Positions 8,817 through 18,062 of a DNA stretch of 64,000 nucleotides are shown here, piece by piece. The notes below the pieces were generated by a model that worked only from the letters and a program-made list of their open reading frames with translations, did no database searches and was not told the origin of the DNA. Position 1 is the stretch's first letter, and every line of letters begins with the position of its first letter. The stretch is from an uncultured bacterium (lineage in GTDB: Bacteria; Bacillota; Clostridia; Lachnospirales; Lachnospiraceae): contig CAMEAQ010000007.1 of NCBI GenBank assembly GCA_945911275.1, positions 30,782 through 94,781 on the forward strand, in the 5' to 3' direction. A program made the position numbers and the translations under genes.

Positions 8817-9761
8817 ATGACGGATAAACAACATAACAGAACAACTGAAAAAAAATTTTGTGGTGTAAAATTGAAAGATATGGCATGTTTATTTATTCTG
8901 ACAGCAGGAACGCTGTGGGGAATGATCGGACTATTTTCCAGTGCTATGTCTGAAGGGGGTTTTTCTTCCATAGAAATTACATTTATCCGAAATGCCGTGG
9001 CAGCCGCAGGACTGTGGATATATCTTCTGATTTTCCAAAGGAAACTGATCCGGATAGAAATAAAAGATATCTGGATGTTTTTGGGGACAGGGATTTTAAG
9101 TATTGTATTTTTTAATATTATGTACTTTACCACGATTCAGCTGTCCACACTGTCGATTGCAGCCATTCTGCTATATACGGCACCTTGTTTTGTCATGATG
9201 ATGTCAGTTTTATTTTTTCATGAAAAACTGACAAAAGCGAAAGTCGCTGCATTGATCTGCGCATTTTGCGGCTGTGTATTTACCACAGGAATTGTGGAGG
9301 GGATGTTGTCCGGACAGGGGCCGGGAAATATCACAGGACTTGGAATCATGACTGGAGTCTGTTCGGGAATCGGTTATGCGCTGTATTCTATATTCGGAAA
9401 TATCGCATTGAAAAAATATCATACAGAAACAGTGACGGCATACACTTTTTTGATCGCTGCATTGTCATTGCTGCCTTTTTGTCTGAAGGGAGAATGGATC
9501 ACCAGACTGCAAAATAGTTCCATGGCGGCAAATGCCCTTGGAATCGGTCTGGTATCCACGCTGGCTCCCTTTTGTTTCTATACAACAGGGCTCAAATACA
9601 CCGAGCCCGGAAAAGCATCCGTGATGGCATTTGTGGAGCCTATGGTGGCAACACTGATTGGGATTTTTATACTACATCAGAAAATAACCATAACAGGAAT
9701 TGTGGGGATACTATTAATTTTCATTTCCATTGTGATTTTAAATTCCAAAGAATGTGCTTAA
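8817..9761 (+). CDS. EamA/DMT family transporter
   Basis: Two hydrophobic EamA-like halves; LLYTAP and EPMVAT motifs. Confidence 0.9.
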   Translation: MTDKQHNRTTEKKFCGVKLKDMACLFILTAGTLWGMIGLFSSAMSEGGFSSIEITFIRNAVAAAGLWIYLLIFQRKLIRIEIKDIWMFLGTGILSIVFFNIMYFTTIQLSTLSIAAILLYTAPCFVMMMSVLFFHEKLTKAKVAALICAFCGCVFTTGIVEGMLSGQGPGNITGLGIMTGVCSGIGYALYSIFGNIALKKYHTETVTAYTFLIAALSLLPFCLKGEWITRLQNSSMAANALGIGLVSTLAPFCFYTTGLKYTEPGKASVMAFVEPMVATLIGIFILHQKITITGIVGILLIFISIVILNSKECA

Positions 9762-9793
9762 CGATTTATACACATAATACACCAATGTTTGCA

Positions 9794-9886
9794 TTTGTTT
9801 TGATTTCGTGTGGCCGATAAAGTAAAAGGGCTGATAATATTATCAGCCTCATTATACTATTTCTATCTCACGAATCAAAACTAAAA
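9794..9886. repeat. palindrome, GGCTGAT...AGCC hairpin family copy 2
   Basis: Perfect 20-bp palindrome GGCTGATAATATTATCAGCC (9829-9848) within outer arms TTTGATTTCGTG/CACGAATCAAAA; overlaps the AGCS stop codon. Confidence 0.8.
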
Positions 9887-11257
9887 ATAATCCTTCACAA
9901 GTTTAGCAACAGTTCCTGACAGCAGCAACAGTGCAATCAGGTTCGGGATGACCATCAGACCGTTGAAGGTATCGGCGATACTCCAGAGAAGCCCCAGATC
10001 CATGGTGGCTCCAAGAATAGCGACCAGAGAATACACCAGCATAAAAGGTTTGTTAATCTTGCTTCCGAAAATAAATTCGATACATCGAGTGCCATACAAA
10101 CCCCAGCCTATAATAGTGGAGAAAGCGAAACAACAGAGTGCTGCTGCTGTAAAAATAGATACCCAGTTGCCGTAGGTGGAAGTAAATCCCTGAATTGTAA
10201 GTTCAGCTCCGGCATCCATACCATAAGTGATGGGAATACCACTGCAGAGAATGACCAGTGCAGTCATGGTACAAATCACGATGGTGTCCATAAATACCTC
10301 GAAAATTCCAAAAAATCCCTGTCTGACAGGATCGCTTGTATCAGCAGCCGCATGGGCGATGGAGCCTGTACCGAGACCGGCTTCATTTGAGAAGATACCG
10401 CGGGATACTCCTTTTTTCATACTGAGGAACATACTTCCGATCACACCGCCCGTAATAGCGGATGGAGTGAAGGCACCTTTGAAAATGGAAACAAAGACAG
10501 AAGGAACATGTTCAATATTCAGAAGGATTACTCCAAGTGCCAGAACCAGATACAGAAGAGCCATGAACGGGACCAGTTTTTCTGTTACTTTTCCGATTCG
10601 CTTGATTCCTCCAAGGAGAACCAGAGCCACCAGAATGGTGATCACGATTCCAAGAATAAGGTTGAATATGGAAATCTGATTTTTTGAAAGTACGTGATAG
10701 TTAATCAGTGCGGAATCAATGGCAGTGGTGATGGTGTTCACCTGAGTGGCATTGCCGGTACCGAATACGGTAAGGACACCCAGAGCGGAGAAAATAACGG
10801 CAAGCCAGTGCCAACGGGGACCGAGACCGTTTTTTATGTAATACATGGGACCGCCTACCCAGTCACCACTTTCATTTTTTTCTCGGAAATGTACAGCCAG
10901 CGTTACCTCAGAAAACTTGGTACACATTCCGAGCAGAGCGGACATCCACATCCAGAAAACAGCACCGGGTCCTCCGATTGCGATGGCACCGGCCACTCCG
11001 GCAATATTTCCGGTGCCTACAGTAGCCGCCAGTGCAGTACAGACCGCCTGAAAGGGTGTAATAGAGCCATCAGACGCTTCTTTTTTATGAAACATTCGTC
11101 CCACAGTCACACGGAACGTGTAACCAAACTTACGAAACTGAAGAAAACGGGTGCGAAAACTAAGAAGCAGACCGACACTGACAATGCAGATCATGGCAGG
11201 GACCCCCCAGACAAAACTGTTGACGTTGTTATTGATTTGTTTAATTGTCTCTAGCAT
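9881..11257 (-). CDS. alanine/glycine:cation symporter (AGCS family), second paralog
   Basis: ATVGTGNIAGVA, GGPGAVFWMW, GGPMYYI, RGIFSNEAGLGT motifs. Confidence 0.95.
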   Translation of the reverse strand: MLETIKQINNNVNSFVWGVPAMICIVSVGLLLSFRTRFLQFRKFGYTFRVTVGRMFHKKEASDGSITPFQAVCTALAATVGTGNIAGVAGAIAIGGPGAVFWMWMSALLGMCTKFSEVTLAVHFREKNESGDWVGGPMYYIKNGLGPRWHWLAVIFSALGVLTVFGTGNATQVNTITTAIDSALINYHVLSKNQISIFNLILGIVITILVALVLLGGIKRIGKVTEKLVPFMALLYLVLALGVILLNIEHVPSVFVSIFKGAFTPSAITGGVIGSMFLSMKKGVSRGIFSNEAGLGTGSIAHAAADTSDPVRQGFFGIFEVFMDTIVICTMTALVILCSGIPITYGMDAGAELTIQGFTSTYGNWVSIFTAAALCCFAFSTIIGWGLYGTRCIEFIFGSKINKPFMLVYSLVAILGATMDLGLLWSIADTFNGLMVIPNLIALLLLSGTVAKLVKDYF

Positions 11258-11319
11258 TTTTTATTCCTTTACTTACAGATTTTCCTAATATGATACCATG
11301 AGATGAACAAAAAGTACAG

Positions 11320-11369
11320 AAAAAAGGAGTCTGATTTTGTAAAAATCTACAAAATCAGACTCCTTTTTT
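11320..11369. terminator. perfect 22-bp inverted repeat, terminator-like
   Basis: AAAAAAGGAGTCTGATTTTGTA-6 nt-TACAAAATCAGACTCCTTTTTT. Confidence 0.8.
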
Positions 11370-11399
11370 GCTCAGATACTGGTGTTTTTACAAGAATTG

Positions 11400-11591
11400 T
11401 CAGTAGTTATATGCGCCTTCATAACGGTAACAACTTTCTTTTTTTCGGGAAAGCTCCGTGCAGGTGCTGCACCTGTCGCAGAATTCCTGTTCATAGCAGG
11501 TGGAGCAGACGCAGCCTTTGCATTTCTCCCGATGATAAGAAGAAGTACTGGAAAAAGGAACTTTTTCTTTATCAATATCCGGATTACTCAT
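11400..11591 (-). CDS. small cysteine-rich protein (63 aa, 8 Cys)
   Basis: Strong AAGGAGGT RBS before the ATG, terminator downstream, CxxCxCxxC...CxxCxxC pattern. Confidence 0.75.
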   Translation of the reverse strand: MSNPDIDKEKVPFSSTSSYHREKCKGCVCSTCYEQEFCDRCSTCTELSRKKESCYRYEGAYNY

Positions 11592-11793
11592 GACCGCACC
11601 TCCTTTATAGCATCATTATAACGCTGCGGCAGGAGAATTACCAGATAATGTTTTAATATTGGAAGGCACAAGATTTTGCTAATGACAAGAACAGAGTTTT
11701 TCGTTATAATAATGTGGTATATAGCAAAGGGAAGATGACTCACGCCCCAGGCGTAGAGGAACAGTCCTGAATGGGAAAAGAGGATGACAGAAA

Positions 11794-12594
11794 ATGAAGA
11801 ATGAATTATTTTCCATTGGGCCATTTACCGTCTATGGATATGGACTGATGATTGCAATCGGTATCATTGCAGCTTATCTCACCGGTGAATATCGGGCAAA
11901 AAAGCATAAACTGGATTCGGATCAGATTTTTTCCATTGTAATCTGGGCCGTTGTTGGCGGACTTTTAGGAGCAAAAATTCTATACATTATTACACAGATC
12001 AAGGAAATAGCTGCAAATCCCCGGATTCTGCTGGATGTTGCAGATGGATTTGTTGTGTATGGAGGAATCATCGGAGGGATTCTGGCAGCTATGATTTACT
12101 GTCGGGTAAAGAAACTTCCGTTTTTAAAATATTTTGATCTGCTGATGCCATCGGTAGCGCTGGCTCAGGGATTTGGAAGAATCGGATGTTTTCTGGCAGG
12201 CTGCTGTTATGGGAAAGAAACAGAAAGCATGATCGGAATCGTATTTCATGATTCTGCGTATGCACCCAATGGTGTAAGTCTTCTGCCGACTCAGCTCATA
12301 TCCAGTGGACTGAATTTCCTTCATTTCGTGCTGCTGGTATGGCTGACTAAGAAAAAGAAAGGAGACGGACAGATTGCAGGTCTGTATCTGGTGCTTTACA
12401 GTGTGGGAAGATTTATTCTGGAGTTTTTCAGAGGAGATTTGATCCGGGGTTCTGTAGGAGGGTTATCTACATCTCAGTTTATAGCAATTTTTGTGTGTCT
12501 GGCCGGTGTTATACTGATTGTTGTACGCAATGGTAAGTTTGAGGAAAATCCTTCTGCGGAAAATGAGTCAGAGGAAAATACGACTGCAGTATAA
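11794..12594 (+). CDS. lgt: prolipoprotein diacylglyceryl transferase
   Basis: YGYGLMIAIG, GFVVYGGIIGG, GRIGCFLAGCCYG, RFILEFFRGD. Confidence 0.95.
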   Translation: MKNELFSIGPFTVYGYGLMIAIGIIAAYLTGEYRAKKHKLDSDQIFSIVIWAVVGGLLGAKILYIITQIKEIAANPRILLDVADGFVVYGGIIGGILAAMIYCRVKKLPFLKYFDLLMPSVALAQGFGRIGCFLAGCCYGKETESMIGIVFHDSAYAPNGVSLLPTQLISSGLNFLHFVLLVWLTKKKKGDGQIAGLYLVLYSVGRFILEFFRGDLIRGSVGGLSTSQFIAIFVCLAGVILIVVRNGKFEENPSAENESEENTTAV

Positions 12595-12605
12595 AAAGAG
12601 GAGCG

Positions 12606-13376
12606 GTGAATATGGAAGAATCCTATAAAAGCTTTGCCCGTGTCTATGATATGTTCATGGATAATATTGACTATCCGCAGTGGTGCGAATATCTGACCGG
12701 ACTATTGGAAGAATATGGCATAAAGGATGGACTGGTCCTGGAACTGGGCTGCGGCACGGGGAGCATGACAGAGCTTCTTGCCCAAAAAGGTTATGACATG
12801 ATCGGAATTGACAATTCTCCGGATATGCTTGAGATTGCCATGGAAAAAAGAGAAGAATCCGGTCATGATATTTTGTATCTGCAGCAGGATATGAGAGAAT
12901 TTGAACTATATGGCACTGTCAGGGGAATCGTCAGTGTCTGCGATTGTATGAATTATATTTTGGAGGAAGAGGAGCTTCTTCAGGTGTTCCGGTTGGTCAA
13001 CAATTATCTGGATCCCGGCGGCATTTTCATATTTGATATGAATACGCCTTACAAATATGAAAATCTGATCGGGGATACGACCATAGCGGAAAATCGTGAG
13101 GAAGGAAGTTTTATCTGGGAAAATTATTTTGATGAAGAAACCCGGATCAACGAATATGCATTAACTCTGTTTATTCAGGAAAGCGAAGATCTATATCGAA
13201 AGTATGAAGAGTTTCATTACCAGAAAGCTTATGATGTGCAGAATGTGATCGGACTGCTGGAAGAGGCTGGATTGGAATTTGTGGCAGTGTATGATGCATT
13301 TACTCATGAAACACCCCGCCCTGACAGCGAGAGGATTTATCTGATCGCAAGGGAATGTGAAAAAAAGATTCCGTAA
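12606..13376 (+). CDS. class I SAM-dependent methyltransferase
   Basis: VLELGCGTG motif I, GIDNSPDML, QDMREF. Confidence 0.9.
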   Translation: MNMEESYKSFARVYDMFMDNIDYPQWCEYLTGLLEEYGIKDGLVLELGCGTGSMTELLAQKGYDMIGIDNSPDMLEIAMEKREESGHDILYLQQDMREFELYGTVRGIVSVCDCMNYILEEEELLQVFRLVNNYLDPGGIFIFDMNTPYKYENLIGDTTIAENREEGSFIWENYFDEETRINEYALTLFIQESEDLYRKYEEFHYQKAYDVQNVIGLLEEAGLEFVAVYDAFTHETPRPDSERIYLIARECEKKIP

Positions 13377-13438
13377 TATGTGTGTAATGCAGTACAGAAA
13401 GGGATAAAACCGATAGAAGAGAAAGAGGAGAATGTGTA

Positions 13439-14317
13439 ATGAGTGATTATATTATAAGAGCAACAGCAGCAAACAGTCAGATTCGTGCATTTGCGGCAAC
13501 GACAAAAGATGTGGTGGAGACGGCAAGAAAGGCACACAATACCAGCCCGGTAGCTACCGCAGCACTGGGACGTCTTCTGACAGGCGGTGCTATGATGGGT
13601 GTTATGATGAAGGGGGATGATATTCTGACCCTTCAGATCAAATGCAGCGGTCCCATCGGTGGACTTACTGTGACGGCAGATTCCAGAGGAAATGTAAAAG
13701 GTTATGTAAATAATCCGGATGTTATACTTCCGGCAAATGAAAAAGGAAAACTGGATGTAGGAAAAGCACTGGATCTGGGAATACTGAGTGTAATTAAAGA
13801 CATGGGCCTGAAAGAACCCTATGTGGGACAGGTGGAACTGAAAACAGGAGAGATTGCAGATGATCTGACCTATTATTTTGCCAGCAGTGAACAGGTGCCA
13901 TCTGCTGTAGGTCTGGGAGTACTGATGGAGAAAAATAATACAGTCCGTCAGGCAGGAGGCTTTATCATTCAGCTTATGCCGTTTGCAGAAGAGAAAGTGA
14001 TCGCACAGCTGGAAAAGAATCTGGAAGAAGTAACTTCTGTCACAGAACTTCTGGATCAGGGCTGTACACCGGAGATGATACTGGAAAAACTTTTGGGTAA
14101 CCTGGGACTGGAGATCAATGAAAGGACAGAGACAGCTTTTCATTGTAATTGCGATAAAGTGCGTGTGGGGAAAGTACTGATCAGTCTTGGAGAAAAAGAA
14201 TTGCAGCAGATGATCGATGAGGGAAAAGAGATTGAGTTGAATTGTCATTTCTGCAATACCAATTATACTTTCAGCGTGGATGAACTGAAGGAATTATTGA
14301 CACTGGCGAAAAAATAA
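13439..14317 (+). CDS. hslO: Hsp33 redox-regulated chaperone
   Basis: ALGRLLTGG; C-terminal CNC...CHFC zinc switch. Confidence 0.95.
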   Translation: MSDYIIRATAANSQIRAFAATTKDVVETARKAHNTSPVATAALGRLLTGGAMMGVMMKGDDILTLQIKCSGPIGGLTVTADSRGNVKGYVNNPDVILPANEKGKLDVGKALDLGILSVIKDMGLKEPYVGQVELKTGEIADDLTYYFASSEQVPSAVGLGVLMEKNNTVRQAGGFIIQLMPFAEEKVIAQLEKNLEEVTSVTELLDQGCTPEMILEKLLGNLGLEINERTETAFHCNCDKVRVGKVLISLGEKELQQMIDEGKEIELNCHFCNTNYTFSVDELKELLTLAKK

Positions 14318-14362
14318 GAGAAAAATGAAGTGTGCCGGGGAACGGGCAGAGAGGAAAAAATT

Positions 14363-16285
14363 ATGAAGAATGGTTTTATTAAAATGGCAGCCGGAACGCC
14401 CAAGATTCAGGTGGCTGACTGTATTCATAATACGGAAGAAATTCTTCGTTTGATAAAGAAAATGGAACAGGCTGGTGCTAAGATTATGGGATTTCCGGAG
14501 CTTTGTATCACCGGATATACCTGCCGTGATCTGTTCTGGCAGAATGTTTTGCTGGAAAGTGCGAAAGAGAGACTTCTGTGGCTGGCAGATCAGACAAGTG
14601 ATGTGGATGCGCTGATTATAGTCGGACTGCCGATGGAAGTGGAGGGAAAGCTGTATAACGTAGCTGCCGTCTTAAACAGAGGGAAGATTCTTGGGCTTGT
14701 GCCAAAGACGAATCTGCCTAATTATGCAGAATATTATGAGGCACGACAGTTTACTCCGGCAGATGAAAAAATACGGGAAGTGTGTCTTGAGGGAGAAAAT
14801 GTGCCATTTGGTACAAACCTGATTTTTGCCTGTGAAGAGATGAAAGAACTGCAGATTGCTGTGGAAATCTGTGAAGATCTGTGGGTGCCGAATCCGCCCA
14901 GTATCCGTCATGCTCTGGCAGGGGCCAATGTACTCATCAATCTGTCAGCCGGTGATGAGATCACAGGAAAGGATAAATATCGCCGGGAACTGGTGAACGG
15001 ACAGTCTGCCCGACTGGTGTGTGCTTACCTGTATGCTACAGCCGGTGAGGGAGAGTCTTCTACCGATCTGGTATTTGGAGGTCATAACCTGATCTGTGAA
15101 AATGGTTCTGTACTGGCAGAGGCAAAGCGTTTTGTCAATGAGACCATTTACGGGGATGTGGATGTAAAACGACTGATTGCCGAGAGAAGAAGAATGACTA
15201 CATTTCCGGCGGCAGACAGGGAAGGATATCGGACAGTATCTTTTGAACTGAGACGGGAAGAAACCCGACTGACAAGAGTATTTCCGGCAAAGCCTTTCGT
15301 ACCGTCCAATAAAGCAGAACGGGAAAAACGGTGTGATGAGATCCTTTCTATCCAGGCTATGGGTTTGAAAAAACGCCTGGAGCATACCCATTGCCAGAGC
15401 GCAGTGCTGGGAATTTCCGGAGGCTTAGATTCTACCTTGGCTCTTTTGGTGACGGCAAGAGCTTTTGATTATCTGCATATGGAAAGATCAAAGATTACGG
15501 CAGTTACCATGCCATGCTTTGGTACAACAGACCGTACCTATCGCAATGCCTGTGAACTGACAAAGAAGCTGGGAGCAACGCTCAGAGAAGTTGATATAAA
15601 AGAAGCTGTCAATATTCATTTCCGTGATATTGGTCATAATTCGGAAAAGCATGATGTAACGTATGAGAATTGTCAGGCCAGAGAGAGAACGCAGGTGATC
15701 ATGGATATTGCCAATCAGACCGGCGGCATGGTGATCGGAACGGGAGACCTGTCTGAACTGGCCCTGGGATGGGCCACCTACAATGGTGATCATATGTCTA
15801 TGTATGGAGTAAATGCTTCAATTCCCAAGACTCTGGTACGTCATCTGGTACGCTATTTTGCGGATACCTGCGGGGATGTAGAGTTATCAAATATTTTGCT
15901 GGATGTTTTGGATACACCGGTGAGTCCGGAACTGCTTCCGCCTAAGGATGGAGAGATTGCACAGAAGACAGAAGATCTGGTGGGACCATATGAACTTCAC
16001 GATTTCTTCCTTTATTATATGCTGCGAGCGGGATATGAGCCGGATAAGATTTACCGGATTGCCTGCAAGACATTTGATGGGATATATGAGAAAGAAGTTA
16101 TTTTAAAATGGCTGAAGAATTTTTATCGTAGATTTTTCATGCAGCAGTTCAAACGTTCCTGTCTGCCGGATGGTCCGAAAGTGGGAACCGTGGCAGTGTC
16201 GCCAAGAGGCGATCTTCGTATGCCGAGTGATGCCAGTGCCAGAATCTGGCTGGATGAGGTGGAAAAGTTGGGAGAAAGAAGATAG
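14363..16285 (+). CDS. nadE: glutamine-dependent NAD+ synthetase
   Basis: Nitrilase domain (FPELCITGY, VPK, EICEDLW) plus SGGLDST NAD synthase domain. ATG at 14363. Confidence 0.95.
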   Translation: MKNGFIKMAAGTPKIQVADCIHNTEEILRLIKKMEQAGAKIMGFPELCITGYTCRDLFWQNVLLESAKERLLWLADQTSDVDALIIVGLPMEVEGKLYNVAAVLNRGKILGLVPKTNLPNYAEYYEARQFTPADEKIREVCLEGENVPFGTNLIFACEEMKELQIAVEICEDLWVPNPPSIRHALAGANVLINLSAGDEITGKDKYRRELVNGQSARLVCAYLYATAGEGESSTDLVFGGHNLICENGSVLAEAKRFVNETIYGDVDVKRLIAERRRMTTFPAADREGYRTVSFELRREETRLTRVFPAKPFVPSNKAEREKRCDEILSIQAMGLKKRLEHTHCQSAVLGISGGLDSTLALLVTARAFDYLHMERSKITAVTMPCFGTTDRTYRNACELTKKLGATLREVDIKEAVNIHFRDIGHNSEKHDVTYENCQARERTQVIMDIANQTGGMVIGTGDLSELALGWATYNGDHMSMYGVNASIPKTLVRHLVRYFADTCGDVELSNILLDVLDTPVSPELLPPKDGEIAQKTEDLVGPYELHDFFLYYMLRAGYEPDKIYRIACKTFDGIYEKEVILKWLKNFYRRFFMQQFKRSCLPDGPKVGTVAVSPRGDLRMPSDASARIWLDEVEKLGERR

Positions 16286-16333
16286 GAAAGCTGTCTGCAG
16301 TAACAAGATAGATGATAATAAAGGGGTAGTTAT

Positions 16334-17239
16334 ATGTTGCAGGATTTAATGAAAGATGCAGGATTTCCGCAGGATGCGATAGAGGAACTGCTGGGATTAG
16401 AGGAACGGCTGGAGAAAGAAGATAAGTGGAATCGAATATCGGATATGGCACAGAAAATTATGGATTCATTGTCGGAAAAAGATATTCTGGTGAAAACACT
16501 GAAGGAAACTGAAAGCTGGGAAGAAGAGCTGGGGATTCACCGATATACGTTGGATCTTTTAGTACTGCTCTGCTGCTGGCAGATTTTGGAGGGCCGATAC
16601 AGAGAAAGAAACCTTTCCATGGAAATTTTCACAAATTCACTGCGGGATCTGGAGTTTAAGAGAAAAGAATGCCAGGATGTCTATGGAGTGAATGGAATTT
16701 TTGTGGGATTCTGGTATGACCGTTTTTTTGATATTTCCCGGTTTGCACTGGGGAGACTTCAGTTTGAGCTGATTCCGTATCCGTTTGAAAAAGAATATAC
16801 GGAAAAAGGTCGGACAGTACGAAAAGGCGATACAGTGATCAATGTGCACATTCCTTCGGACGGTCCCTTGCGAAAAGAAGATGCAGATGCCGCCTTTCAG
16901 ATGGCAGAGGATTTTTACAGAGGAAAACTGATGGACGGGAAAACACCGGATGCCTATATTTCCGAAGAGCCGGCGGCATTTATGATGGAATCCTGGCTGC
17001 TGGATCCGGATTTGATGAATCTTTTGCCGGAGGGAAATCTGAAAAACTTTGTTGAAAGATTTACACTGCTTACTTATGAAAAGGCAGAGCAGTTTGGGGA
17101 TGGCTGGAGAGTTTTTCAGAATGAGTGGAAAAGAACTCCGGAAGAACTTCCCCGCCGGACAAAACTGCAGAAAGCCATTGCAGACTATCTGCAGAAAGGC
17201 GGAAAACTCGGAGAAGGGTATGGTATTTTCGTGCGTTAG
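16334..17239 (+). CDS. GNAT-like acyltransferase domain protein (DUF5596/NAT_N + GNAT_C-like)
   Basis: FALGRLQFE and INVHIPSDGPL, SWLLDP motifs recalled from this family. Confidence 0.65.
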   Translation: MLQDLMKDAGFPQDAIEELLGLEERLEKEDKWNRISDMAQKIMDSLSEKDILVKTLKETESWEEELGIHRYTLDLLVLLCCWQILEGRYRERNLSMEIFTNSLRDLEFKRKECQDVYGVNGIFVGFWYDRFFDISRFALGRLQFELIPYPFEKEYTEKGRTVRKGDTVINVHIPSDGPLRKEDADAAFQMAEDFYRGKLMDGKTPDAYISEEPAAFMMESWLLDPDLMNLLPEGNLKNFVERFTLLTYEKAEQFGDGWRVFQNEWKRTPEELPRRTKLQKAIADYLQKGGKLGEGYGIFVR

Positions 17240-17280
17240 ATATGGGCAGACAGCTGTGAAGTGAATTCTGTGTACATCGT

Positions 17281-17739
17281 TCATGATTCAGGGGTGGCTT
17301 TGGCAAGTGCTGATTTGATTGCTTCCAAAAGAAGCATGGAGGTGTATTTGCTGTCATCCTCATATGTAATGTTATCGGTTGATTGCGTGGCATAGATCTG
17401 TGTTGCCAGATTTTCCAGTGCAGGCTCCACCAACGGATACATGGCAGTAGTAGCTTCGCTCAGATTTACCAGTTCGATGGAATTGATATGATTGCTGTCT
17501 ACAGTAACCTGGACATCGAAACTGTTGTCATTCAGCTCTATGGCGGTAGTATAGACCCCGGCCACATATTGGTTAGGTTCTGCCGTCTGAGCTGTGGCAG
17601 CGGTTTCCATGTCCTTTTTTGGTCCGAACATTATTACAAGGAGAGCAATCATCAATATGGCAAGAATAAGAAAAGCAACGGTGTAGATTACTTCCTTCAT
17701 ATGTAATACAACGATTTTGGTTTTGGAACTCATATACAC
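17281..17739 (-). CDS. membrane-anchored hypothetical protein with FMN-binding-like domain
   Basis: N-terminal TM helix; GVYTTAIEL...VQVTVDSNHINSIEL beta pattern; AAGGAG RBS. Confidence 0.65.
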   Translation of the reverse strand: MYMSSKTKIVVLHMKEVIYTVAFLILAILMIALLVIMFGPKKDMETAATAQTAEPNQYVAGVYTTAIELNDNSFDVQVTVDSNHINSIELVNLSEATTAMYPLVEPALENLATQIYATQSTDNITYEDDSKYTSMLLLEAIKSALAKATPES

Positions 17740-18025
17740 ACTCCTTTTACGGACATTGGTTTTTCTATATTTTATGTGAGAAGGAAAAATATATGACTGG
17801 AAGTTGTGAGTGTGATCTGCGGGAAATTATCCATGTAAAATTATTTTCTATATGCCCAGATTAGAGATTTCATTCCGGTCCATCGATGCGAATTGCATAT
17901 CACTGCTGTGATATACCTTCACGGAGCGTATGGCAGCAAAATCAGCGAATATGTACGCAAGAATAGAGCCATATGTAAAAGAGCAACTTAATGTTATACG
18001 ATAATGTAAGATAAAAGATAGGTAA

Positions 18026-18060
18026 AGAGGCGAAATTCCAAAAGGAATCATCGCCTCTTT
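18026..18060 (-). terminator. terminator of the GH78 gene
   Basis: AAAGAGGCGA...TCGCCTCTTT stem. Confidence 0.65.
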
Positions 18061-18062
18061 GT

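Noticed and set aside
11258-11320. Glycine riboswitch expected upstream of an AGCS gene
   Set aside because: The space is too short and has no GGAGA/GAAG/CTCAGG motifs; likewise upstream of 3530.
17793-18051. Short ORFs between the 152-aa gene and the GH78 terminator
   Set aside because: The 67-aa ORF starts inside the terminator and the 23-aa + strand ORF has no recognisable features.
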